DNA of 64,000 nt from Callorhinchus milii (Eukaryota), in contig NW_024704752.1 of the NCBI RefSeq assembly GCF_018977255.1, positions 9,858,001-9,922,000 of the forward strand. Reading direction: 5' to 3'. The translations under genes and the position numbers were made by a program. Of this stretch, positions 23,468 to 35,600 are shown one piece after another (the stretch's first letter is position 1; every line of letters starts with the position of its first letter). The notes below the pieces were generated by a model, which was not told where the DNA came from, did no database searches, and worked only from the letters and a program-made list of their open reading frames with translations.

Positions 23468-24016
23468 AGTTTTTTAAACGTGTCTGTCAGTGTCCCAAAG
23501 TACAGCCAATCGCCCTTATATACTTTTAATACTGACATCTGTGTGCATTTGCTTTAAATAGATGTATTACTCCAGGTGCACTGAACAAGTTAAGGACAAT
23601 TCCCAGGTGGAAGCACAATACCACTTTACTCTTCTTCCAGATAATCAAACCAAAGGAGAAAAGAACACAATTTAATTATATAGTTATCTGAGTGTAAGGT
23701 ACAATCTTATTCCTTATTGATTAATTTTCTACAGCAACGATTAATTTCCTTAAGGTGCATGGTGTAATTAACAGAAGTGCACTGTGTCGTAAACACTTTA
23801 CGGATCACCAGGTTTTATATCAAGCTTCACACAGCATTTTTAAACAAATTATCTTGCAATCATGCAAGAAATTATTCACAATTTCGATATTATTATTATT
23901 ACATGATCAATCAGAATCTCATGATACTTTAGCGAGATTAACAAAACCAACATCTAACTAACATGCAATTCTTTGAACAAATTTTTAATTTCATTCAGAA
24001 AAAATGTTCACTGTTT

Positions 24017-27000
24017 CTAGGAAGTTATTTTACCCATCATGTGCTTCTTCGTATTTTCCTCTTTTTTCAGCAGGATAATAAAACATTTTGGAGCAAAAAT
24101 ACAGACAAGTAGCCCAAAGCTTGAGGCCAAAATTGCAAATATTTCTACAGCCACAGTGTATTTTCCAGGAGAGCTTACATAAGCTGGAATGAAAGTGATC
24201 CAAACAGCACAGAAGATAAGCATGCTGAAAGTGATGTGCTTCGCTTCATTGAAGTTGTCTGGAAGTCGGCGAGCGAGAAAAGCAACTACAAAGCATACAC
24301 CAGACAACAGTCCAATGTAACCAAGTACACAGTAAAAGGCGACTGCAGATCCCAGATGACATTCAAACACGATTCTCTCCCTAAAATAGTCACTATTTTT
24401 CAGTGGATAAGGTGGTGCCAAACATAGCCAGACAGTACATATTAAGCATTGTATCAGGGTAAGGATGAAAACACTCAGGCGTTGTTGTGTAGGTCCAAAC
24501 CACTTCATCATATTATTACTGGGAAGTGTTGTATTAAATGCCATCACCACAACTATTGTTTTTCCCAAAACACAGGAAATACAAAGAACAAAAGTGATAG
24601 CAAAGGCTGTGTGACATAACCTACAGGACCAGACTGAAGGCTCTCCAATGAATGTAACTGAGCACAGAAAACACAAAGCTAATGCGAAAAGAAGCAGAAA
24701 ACTTAACTCTGAGTTATTAGCTTTAACAATAGGAGTGTCTCTGTGAACATAGAAAGCTGCAAATACACTGAAAGTGATGGAAACTCCAAGCAATGCCAAT
24801 GTCACTAGAGCAATCCCCAATGTCTCCTCGAAGGAGAGGAATTCAATTTCCTTCAGTATGCAATGATCCCGTTTATCATTGGACCGGTATTCCAAAGGAC
24901 ATTTTAGGCACAAAGTTGAATCTGAAAGAAAGTCAATTGTGATTGAAAGAACCTGAATTGAAATCCGTTCAATAAATGTTTGAGAATATAAAAACGAATT
25001 GATAGCTGAGTTTGTTCTTACCAGTGATGTTACTAATTTCACCATCAGCACATTCTATACAATCAAAGCAACACTTTGGTTGTCCTCTTTTTGCTGCTTT
25101 CCTGGTTCCAGGGAGACAACTGTCAGAACAAACCGCCCGTGGGACCTGGTTAGAGGGAAATGTAAGATGTTAGTGTTATACAGTTGCTCTTTTGCTGAAG
25201 TTGTGTTACTCTTCAGTTCCGATTACATATTTATCCCGAGATTCATGTTCATTTGTAAGAACGGTTTGTCATCGCCGAGCAACACCTTTCACATCTGAGA
25301 CACTGTTCCACAGCTAAAGCCGTTACCGTAATTCGACCTCCGCTCCAAACAACTGCCTCTTCCCTTATCTTAAATTCTTCCCCTGGAGGAGCAGATCCAT
25401 CATAGTGCCCGACAGTGATAATATCAGTGCCTCCGAGGTCATTTTGTTGCCAATTTATAATGTCGTACGTTGGCACTGGATCCCCGTTTTTATCGAAATG
25501 AACATTTTCACCAATCTTTGTGTTGAAATTCACTGTTTTCATATAATGCAAAATCTATATTGGAATATAACAAGAGAATAGGAAATAATTGTGCAACATG
25601 AAGCATTACAAAGGCAAACTTGTTGCAGGTTCCAATCTCATTCTGTGCTGAGCAGGAACAGTTGTTACCAATTGGCTTTAATGTCGCTGAACCAAGGAAG
25701 GGAAAATCAGTGTCTATTCCTTGTCCAATTCAATCACATTTCCCCCCATGTAACCAGAAGATCTGACGATGCAGAGCAAAAATAGGTTTGAGGTCGGTAA
25801 TGGCCTTCGAATTGAGTCGTGTCAAAATACTGACTCTCTAAGGCCACATTTATAAAATATGAGGTAGGTCATGAGATGGGGATCCGACCAACAGCAAAAT
25901 AGTAAATAGTAAATTAGCAACAAAAATAAAAACCACAAACTGACATGGTGAACTAATATAATTTCTATAATCTTGGAACCTCAGATCCAAGACTATAGCT
26001 TTCTATTTATGTAGCACCTAACAAAAATGAAGCTTAAACACAATTGAAACGTTTAACGTTTATATGACAAATCATATGAAGAACTGCTTACTTGCCATGG
26101 TTGAAAGTTTGATATATTTGCGCAATATTTATTCGAAAAAGGTCCTTTGCCACTTTCACATGACAGCATATCCTGAAGAGCATGAGCTACAGCGTAGGTT
26201 GCTGTGTAGACCTTGTAGGTAACTCTGTACTGAGTCACATCTGTATATGTGTTATTTATAGTTTGTAAATTCTCTCGTCCTGTGCATTCCTTAATTCCGT
26301 CTGCTTTGTGCTCCTCGTTTCTTAGTGTACAGTTGAAGGTAATTTCCCAAAACTCTTTCACTAAGCGGTTTCCTGGATATGCAGAAGGATGAACTTGCAG
26401 TAGAAACTCTCTCAACCCTGGAACGTGTACTTTGGGAATCGCAATTCCAATTGTACCAGAAAGGAATCGTCTGCTTTCTTCTGGGGACAGATGTGTTGTG
26501 GTGACCCACGCCTCACTTCCTATCCATTGAATACCTGTCACGTTTTGTCGCACAATTTCTTTTAATAGAGCAGTCATAAGAGGGTGAGTAAGAAATGCAA
26601 CAACAACCTTTGTGGGCCATTTCTTAATAACATCTACAGTTTTAAGCAATTCTTTTCTTGAGTATCTGATAGGAAAAGTCTCAGAGAAGGCAATACAAAC
26701 ATCGAGTTGTTGTACAGCTTTTGTGAACGTTTGCATTCCAAAGTTGCCATAGTCATCGTCACTTCTAATGGTCCCGATCCAAGTCCAACCAAAGTGTTTC
26801 ACCAACTGAGCCAAGGCTCTGACCTGAAAGTAGTCACTTGGTATTGTTCTAAAAAATGATGGATATTCCTTCCTGTTGCTCAGACATTCACATGTAGCAA
26901 AGTAACTTATCTAAGGAAATTAAAATGAGAAAGAAACAAACTTGAACTCAAATTATCATGACCTGTAAACAGAATGTTCACTTTTCAAGGTAAAGTGTAA

Positions 27001-29266
27001 TCAGTCCAGTAACTATTATTATTGATTATCCCTTTGATGTCTTCTTTATCGCTTCCGTTTAGAAGTTCCTGTGGTGCTGAAGGTACCGAGTGATACTGAA
27101 ACGCGACATAACATAGATCCCGAAATGAAGAAGAAGAAAAAATAAATTGGTGTCTTTGTATTTTGAAATGGGACAATCACTGGCAAAAATAATTTGCTGT
27201 AAAATTACGTTCAATTACATAGATTTTATAATCTAAATGCAGGCCATTCGGCCACCATGTCCATGCAGGTATTTATACTGCACATGAGCCTCCAAACCCT
27301 TGTAATTCTCTCCCCTACACCCTTCAATGTGCTTTTGTTTAACAAAATGGAAATGGATAATGAAATATGTTGAATATAATTTTTCTATTCCTGTGTTCCA
27401 GCAAGCTGGTATAATAAAAATCCTTGCATTTGATATAACACCTTATCACATCTTCGAGACGTCTCAAAGCTCTTCACAGAATGTACTGTGTATTTTGTAG
27501 GTGGAATGCGGCAACCAATTTGCGCACAAAAGTGTCCCACAAACCACTGAGGATTGAGTGAACACATTATTATTATTTATTTAATTAAGTTTGAAGGGAT
27601 TATTACCGAAGGAAAAGCGATCCACCAATTGACGAATAACTGAGTTCCTACTTACTGCTTGGTAAACAGAGGTGTGTGGAGGGAGGAAACTTGCCCAATG
27701 TTATGGTGTTCCATGAAAGAGCTTACCATTGGAATCCTAAAAGGACTGATTAAGGTCGCTACTGCTGCGGACAGTGAAGAACTGGAGTCACCAACAATAG
27801 CAGAAACCACGGGGGCTCTTTTGCAGGTGAAATCTGAAGATGTTTCTTCAAGTCTGTTTAAAAATTCGAAGTTTCTTTTTATTGATACGGAAGGTGTTCC
27901 ACAAGAGTCGGAAATCCAGTAGCCCAGAGTAATGTTGGGAAGCAGTGTCGAGTCTTTGTTTATTTCTTCTATAGCAAAGATCATTGCCATTGCTAAACGA
28001 AACAATCTGAATCGAAACCTGTGGCAATCACAATATTAAATACACCATCTTTCGAATTTTCACAATAGTGGAAGTGACATTGATATTATCGTTTTGGAAA
28101 AGAATAAAACAACAGCTAGAATTCCGTTTCCTATAGTTACGACGCAGCAAAGAGGGATCAACATTTAGTGAAATATCTTGATGTGTTGCTTATAGATAAA
28201 ACAATATAATGATGGTTCGCATAGATATCCTTAACTTTTTTTATGTTAGAGAGTTCCCTAATTTGGCAAAATTCAATTTGACATAGCTATATGTTTTACC
28301 CAGTGACTAACCAGCTTTATACCTGCTTTAATTTGGGACGTCTTCCCACCTTGAAAGACCTCCACAAAAGTGAAATAAGTGTAAATTGTATTGTAATCCT
28401 ATTGCCACTGAACCAGTCTAACTAATAGGGCTTTGGTGTGTAGGACTGAGGCTGTATGTAAATCTCCAAATCTGCCAATAATTACTGCAGAATTGCTTGG
28501 GTTCCCTGGAACAAACCAGTTCCGCCCATGTGGATTGTGTTTACCTTCAGCTGATCTACTAAAACTAAACAACAACTTATGATGATGAATCAACTTGAAT
28601 ATTTCGGGTACGTAAGCAATTTACAATTATGGAATCCCATCTGCTTGCTTATAAAAGAAAATTCATCAATATCATCAATATCAATGTCACAGAAATCCGA
28701 TTTAAAATTTATCTGGAATATACACGGGCACTACTACTCACATTACTTTCAGCTGAACTTCATCTAGTAACAATTTGAATCTATTGTGGAGAGAAATCAC
28801 TGACATATCACCGAAATCAGATAATTGGGTACTGCACTAGGGTTTCGGCATTTCATAGAAAAATTGTCATCCAAACATATATACTCATACTCTCTTCAAA
28901 TAGATTGGACGTCAATTAACCATATAATAGCATGCTGCAACAATGTAAGTTATCTAAAAGCGTCCACGTAGCTTGGTTATCTTACGACATTCATCCACAA
29001 CGATTGGTCTATTTTTAGAATCGGATAAGACAAATGGACAGTTTCACTAACTTTGTACATCTTACTGCTTTTGGTTTGATTTTGAAATTCATATCCTGAT
29101 CCTCAACATCGACATGAATACTGAAAACTCCTCCGAGAACGATGTCGCCGTCTTTAGATAAGCTAAGTGAATTAGACATTCCCCAACGTTTACAGGTTGT
29201 CTCTTCAGTCAGCCACACAGGAACAAGAACAGAAAAAAATAGCACGTAGAGCATAGGGAAACACAT
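24017..29266 (-). CDS. G4: intact V2R/OlfC class C GPCR, 860 aa (last KKQ lost to a TAG)
   Basis: Exons 29052-29266, 27727-28018, 26092-26910, 25327-25554, 25022-25145, 24017-24921. Confidence 0.95.
27412..27702 (-). mobile_element. Headless DeuSINE-like SINE (longer subfamily) in intron 2 of G4
   Basis: Tail atccttgcatttgatata, core gcggcaaccaatttgcgcaca, internal catccaccaattgac segment shared with 42290-42635. Confidence 0.8.
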
Positions 29267-30009
29267 AGTTTTTAAATGTGCCCATCAGTGTCCAGAACTA
29301 CAGCCAATCACCCTTATATACTTTAGATACTGTTACATTCCACTGAGTTTTGTGCATTTGCTTTAAATAGACGTATTATTCCAGAGGCTCTGAACAAATT
29401 ATGGACAATTCTCGGAAGGAAGCACATTACCACTTTAATCTTCCTCCAGGTAATCAAACCAAATTAAAAAAAGAATATATTTTAATTACATGCTCATCTA
29501 AGATTAAGGTGTAATTTTTTTTCATTCATTTTCTAGAGCAACAATTAATTTCATTAAGGTTTATGGTTTAATTTAACAGATGTGCACGATGTGATGTAAA
29601 CATTTTACTGTATACCAAGTTTTCCTGTTTCCCCTGGACTCCCAAGTAATTGTAAAAAGGCCGAGTTAGGAGTATAGCGTAACTTTGTGGGGGGTGTTAT
29701 AGCCAAGCAGCAGGACTTGAAGTGAGCTGCGGCCTGATAATGGGGTTCAGTGATGGCTGGTCAGAGGATTGAAACATGGATAGGTCGGGGTCTCAGTGGC
29801 GGTAGGTCTGGGAGGCGAACCCAGTGCTGAGTCGCGGTGGAAGGACGTGAAGGCCGGGCATTGGGTCGGGGTCATCTAATGAAAATTCGACCCAAGGAGG
29901 AAACACACAGTGTATTTAATAAATCGATAACATAGAAGGATGTATTTCATTTGTTTTTTATTGAATGGTCAGAATTTAAGATAAATGTTGTTTCCATGCA
30001 CCATGTGTG

Positions 30010-30300
30010 ACCGCACCCTGGCCTGGCTCCACTGGCTCCCCATCCCTCAGAGGATAGAATTCAAAATCCTCATCCCCACTTTCAAGGCCCTCCGTGGCCT
30101 TGCCCCCTCCTACATCTCTGACTAGCTGACCTCCTATTAATCTGTCCACTCCCTCCATTCAGCTGCTGCATTTCACCCACAATTTACAGTCAATTTACTT
30201 TACAGTTTATTCTGTGAAGTGCATTAAGATGTCTAGAAGATGTGGAAAGTGCTATATCAAATGCAAGGATTATTATTATTATTATTATTATTTTATTATT
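30010..30300 (+). mobile_element. L2 fragment joined to a SINE 3' tail
   Basis: ctccactggctccccatccctcagaggatagaattcaaaatcctc (L2 LHWLPI..RIEFKIL) followed by the SINE tail with (ATT)n. Confidence 0.75.
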
Positions 30301-30307
30301 AACCCGA

Positions 30308-30616
30308 GTGTCAGCCTGGCTCAGTTTGCAGCACTCTCCTATCTGAGTCAGAAGGTCATGGATTCAAGCCTCACATCAGGACTTTAAACTCATAGATTTG
30401 GCTGACATTCCTGTTCAAGCACATGGAAGATCCCATGGCATTATTTCAAAAGAGAAGTTAGTTTCTTTTTGGATTCTGGCCCACAGTTTCCGAAATACAA
30501 TTCACTTTATGATGGGTTATGGGACATTCCTCTGCACAAATTGGCTACCGTATCCAGCCACAAAAATACAGAGTCACTACACTTTACAATAAAACCTATG
30601 AAGTGCTTCGAGACAT
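30308..30616 (+). mobile_element. Older DeuSINE (SacSINE1/AmnSINE-like head), interrupted at its tail by an L2; the tail resumes at about 31575-31625
   Basis: tggctcagtttgcagcactctcctatctgagtcagaaggtcatggattcaagcc head; tgggacattcctctgcacaaattggctaccg Deu-like core. Confidence 0.7.
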
Positions 30617-31572
30617 CAACAACAACAACAACAACAAGATTCCATTTATAGAGCGCCTTTCACGTCAGGAGGACGTCCCAAGGCGCTGCACAGTTGGGTC
30701 ATGACCCGAGCAGGGAGGAAATGGTCAGGGTGAGGGGAGGGAAGGGAGGGAGAGAGGAGGGGGGAAATGGTCAGGGTGAGGGGAGGGAAGGGAGGGAGCG
30801 AGGAGGAGGAAGAGAGTCGAGAGGGGAGCTGAAGGCACGGTCAAAGAGAAAGGTTTTGAGACCGGCCTTGAAGGAGGAAAGGGAGGAAGCAAGGCGAAGG
30901 CACTGGGGGATGGAGTTCCAGAGCCTGGGGGCTGAGAGGCTGAAGGCCCGACCACCGATAGTAGGGCGGTTGGGGCGGGGGACGTGGAGCAGACCGGAGC
31001 CAGAGGAACGGAGGGTACGGGCAGGTAGGTAGGGGGATAGTAGGTTGGAGAGGTAGGAGGGAGCAAGGCCGTGAATGGCCTTGTAGGTGAGGATGAGGAT
31101 CTTGAAATCAATCCTCTGGGGGATGGGGAGCCAGTGGAGGCGAGCGAGGGTGGGAGTGATGTGATCGCGAAGCCTGGTGCGGGACAGTACACGAGCTGCA
31201 GAGTTCTGAATGACCTGCAGCTTGTGGAGGGAAGTGGCGGGAAGGCCGGCGAGGAGAGAGTTCCCATAGTCCAGCCTTGAGGTGACAAAGGCGTGAACCA
31301 GGGTTTCAGCGGCGTGAGGGGTGAGGTAGTGCCGTAATCTGGCGATATTCCGGAGGTGATGGAAGGCGGTGCCAGTTGTGGTGCGGATGTGAGGGAGAAA
31401 GGACAGCTCAAGGTCGAACAAAACGGCGAGGTTCCTGACTGGCTTTGAGAGGTGGAGAGTGCAGCCTTGGATGCTGATGGTGTCAGCGCCTGAGGTGCGG
31501 AGGCGCTGACGTGAGCCAATCAGGAGGGCCTCGGTTTTTCGCACGTTGAGCTGAAGAAAGTTGTCTCTCGTC
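30617..31572 (-). mobile_element. Young 5'-truncated L2 LINE (ORF2 C-terminus, 3' UTR, (GTT)n tail)
   Basis: Uninterrupted ORF NFLQLNVRKTEALLIG...VTSRLDYGNSLLAGLP...LHWLPIPQRIDFKIL...GGRAFSLSAPRLWNSIP...FKAGLKTFLF; tail gacgtgaaaggcgctctataaatggaatcttgttgttg. Confidence 0.95.
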
Positions 31573-31772
31573 CAGGACTCGCCCGACATGACACGCTGTG
31601 CCAAATGTAAGAGTTATTATTTTATTGTGTCCACTTACATATATTCCTCACTGGCATTAACTTTTAACAGACGGCCCTGAAAGAGGTCAAAATAATAAAG
31701 AAATAAAATTGAAATATTTGCTGTAATGNTTTTTGAATAACCATTAACTGCTTTTATTAGATGCTTTACTCA

Positions 31773-31992
31773 TCATGTGTTTCTTCTAGCATTTGCTGGC
31801 TTTAGTAATATGATGTAACATTTGAGAGTAAATATACATATACATAATGTAAAACTAGATGCCAAAATAGCAAACACTTCTATGGCTAGAGTGTATTTTT
31901 CAGGATAGTTTATATAAGCTACCATTGAAGTTATCCAAACTACACAAAAGAAAAGCAAAGTAAAAGTAATACATTTATCTTCATTAAAATTT
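31773..31992 (-). pseudogene. Relic V2R exon-6 3' fragment (TM6-TM7) of a more distant subfamily
   Basis: [65 protein letters not shown]; no other exons, and the 5' side is replaced by CR1 sequence. Confidence 0.88.
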
Positions 31993-31994
31993 CT

Positions 31995-32285
31995 CGACCC
32001 TGTTCTGCCATTCTGATAGATCTTGGCTGATCTATACCTCAACTCTACATTACCCACCTTTGCCACATACCTCTTGATACCCCTCGCTAACAATAACTCA
32101 ACCTTCTAAACTCAAGGAAATACAGGCCACGTTTAAGCAACCTGTCCTCATAATTAACCCGGCTCTGGTTTCAGTTTGATGAATCTGGAATCTGTCACCC
32201 CCAAATCCCACCCTCAATATATCTTTCCGGAGGTGTCATGGCCATAACCGGACCGAATACTCCAGATGGGATCTGACCAAGGCTG
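31995..32285 (-). mobile_element. CR1-like LINE fragments
   Basis: gatcttggctgatctatacctcaactc...cataccccttgatacc-like 3' region and gaatactccagatgggatctgaccaaggct RT-region motif. Confidence 0.65.
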
Positions 32286-32628
32286 AAGGGCAAAGACAGT
32301 CTTTATGTAAATTAAATACTTTAGTCAAGACATTTAATAGGGACCAGATGTTTCTTTTACTCAATATGAAGCAAAGTAACCTATGAAAATGTTAACAACA
32401 ACAATAAGAATACATTTGTTCAGCGCCTTTCACATCGGGAGGACATCCCAAGGCACTGGCATTTTATTGTCTGCTAACAATTCAAAAGAATCTTGCATCC
32501 AACACAAGAAATTCCTCACAACTTTCATATTAGTATTACCGATAAATCAGAATTTCACAATACTATCACCAACATCTAATTAATATGAAATTTTGCTCCA
32601 AAATGTTATTTTCATTCAGAAAACATGA

Positions 32629-35600
32629 TCACTGTTTCTTGGAAGCCATTTTACCCATCATGTGCTTCTTCGTATTTTCCTCTTTTTTCAGCAGGATAAT
32701 ATAACATTTAGGAGCAAAAATACAGACAAGTAGCCCAAAGCTTGAGGCCAAAATTGCAAATATTTCTACAGCCACAGTGTATTTTCCAGGAGAGCTTACA
32801 TAAGCTGGAATGAAAGTGATCCAAACAGCACAGAAGATAAGCATGCTGAAAGTGATGTGCTTCGCTTCATTGAAGTTGTCTGGAAGTCGGCGAGCGAGAA
32901 AAGCAACTACAAAGCATACACAAGACAACAGTCCAATGTAACCAAGTACACAGTAAAAGGCTACTGCAGATCCCAGATGGCATTCAAACACGATTCTTTC
33001 CTTAAAATATTCACTATTTTTCAGTGGATAAGGTGGTGACAAACATAGCCAGACAGTACATATTAAGCATTGTATCAGAGTAAGGATGAGAACACTCAGG
33101 CGTTGTTGTGTAGGTCCAAACCACTTCATCATGTTATTACTGGGAAGTGTTGCATTAAATGCCATCACCACAACGATCGTTTTTCCCAAAACACAGGAAA
33201 TACAAAGAACAAAAGTGATAGCAAAGGCTGTGTGACATAACCTACAGGACCAGACTGAAGGCTCTCCAATGAATGTAACTGAGCACAGAAAACACAAAGC
33301 TAATGCGAAAAGAAGCAGAAAACTTAACTCTGAGTTATTAGCTTTAACAATAGGAGTGTCTCTGTGAACATAGAAAGCTGCAAATACACTCATAGTGATG
33401 CAAACTCCAAGCAATGCGAGTGTCACTAGAGCAATCCCCAATGTCTCCTCGAAGGAGAGGAATTCAATTTCCTTCAGTATGCAATGATCCCGTTTATCAT
33501 TGGACCGGTATTCCAAAGGACATTTTAGGCACAAAGTTGAATCTGAGAGAAAGTAAATTGTGATTGAACGAACCTGAATTGAAATCTCTTCAATAAATGT
33601 TTGAGATTATAAGAAAGAATTAATAGCTGTGTTTGTTCTTACCAGTGATGTTACTAATTTCACCATCAGCACATTCTATACAATCAAAGCAACACTTTGG
33701 TTGTCCTCTTCTTGCTGCTTTCCTTGTTCCAGGGAGACAACTGTCAGAGCAAACCGCCCGTGGGACCTGGTTATAGACAAATGCAGCTACTAGATGTTAA
33801 TATTATACAATTATTATTTTACTGAAGGCATGTGGTTCTTCAGTTCTATGTAATTATTTATCCTGAGAATCACAAGTGCACAGCAGAAGCTCTTACCGTA
33901 ATCTGACCTCCATTCCATACAATTATCTTTTCCCTAATTTTAAATTGTTCCCCTGCAGGAGCAGATCCATCATAGTGCCCAATAGTAACAATATCAGTTC
34001 CATCGAGGTCATTTGGTTGCCAGTTTATAATGTCGTATGTTGCCACTGGATCTCCATTTTGATCAAAATAAACACTTTCACCAATCTTTGTGTTGAAATT
34101 TACTGTTTTCATGTAATGTAAAATCTTTATTGGAAAATAACAAGAGAATAGGAAATAATCTCTTATTTCTGTAAAATACTTCAAACACTTAAAGTAGTGC
34201 AAAGAGAGACAACACAAGACACACAATTTTCAGGTTCCAATCTCATTCTGGGGTTTGCAGGAATTGTATAGTGTCCAATCCTTATTTCTATGCAATCACC
34301 CATTTTTCACCACATAACATGAAGTTTTATAGGTCTGAGTAAGTTTTGAGGAGCACAATAATGTCTTTCAAATTCAATAGTGTGAAAACACTCACTGTCT
34401 AAGCTTACATTTAACGAAAGGTTCTTTCAGGAAATGTGAACAGCCAGATTATGTGGATACGGCCAACATTAAAATAAGAAACAAGAAAAACACAAAAAGC
34501 AGAAAAAACCCAATTCAATAATAAATTTGTTACAATCTTAGAACCACAGATCCGGGGACAGAGAGTTCTATTTATATAGAACAGAACACAAAAGAAACTC
34601 AAATACTGTTGAATCGTGTAATGTTTACATGACAAAGCATGTGAAGAACTGCTTACTTGCCATGGTTGAAAATTTGAAATATTTGCACAACTTTTATTGG
34701 AAAATGATCCCTTGCCACTTTCACACGACAGCATATCATGAAGAGCATGAGCTATAGCATAGGTCGCTGTATAGACATTGTAGGTAACTCTGTACTGAGA
34801 CACATCTGTATATGTATTATTTACAGTCCGCAGATCCTCTCGTCCTGTGCATTCCTTAATTCCATCTGCTTTGTGCTCCTCGTTTCTTAATGTACAGTTG
34901 AAGGTCATTTCCCAAAACTCTTTTACTAAGCGGTTTCCTGGATATGCAGAAGGATGAACTCGCAGTAGAAACTCTCTCAACCCTGGAACGTGTACTTTGC
35001 GAATCGCAATTCCAATTGTGCCAGAAAGGAATCGTCTGCTTTCTTCTGGGGACAGATGTGTTGTGGTGACCCACGCCTCACTTCCTATCCATTGAATACC
35101 TGTCACATTTTGTCGCACAATTTCTTTGAGTAAAAGAGTCATGTCAGATTGAGCAAGGAATGCTACAACAACATTTGTGGTAGATTTCTTAATAACATCT
35201 ATACTTTTAAGCAATTCTTCCCTTGAGTATGTTATATGGAAAGACTCAGAGAATGCAATACAAACACCGAGTTGTTGTATAGCTTTTGTGAACGCTTTCA
35301 TTCCAAAGTTACCATAGTCATCGTCACTTCTAATGGTCCCGATCCACGTCCAACCAAAGTGTTTCACCAACTGAGCCAAGGCTCTGACCTGAAAGTAGTC
35401 ACTTGGTATTGTTCTAAAAAATGATGGATATTCCCTCCTATTGCTCAGACATTCACATGTAGCAAAGTAACTCACCTACGGAAATAAACATGAGAAAGCG
35501 AACAAATAATTTGGAACTCAAATGAATGAAGAAATGAATGTTGAGTTTTCAAGGGAAATATGTTGCGAGTATTGGCCAAAGCCCAGTATCTATTATTGAT

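Noticed and set aside
30725-31519. 264-aa Pro/Ser-rich ORF overlapping the L2 ORF
   Set aside because: Alternative frame of GC-rich L2 sequence with few stops; no independent evidence
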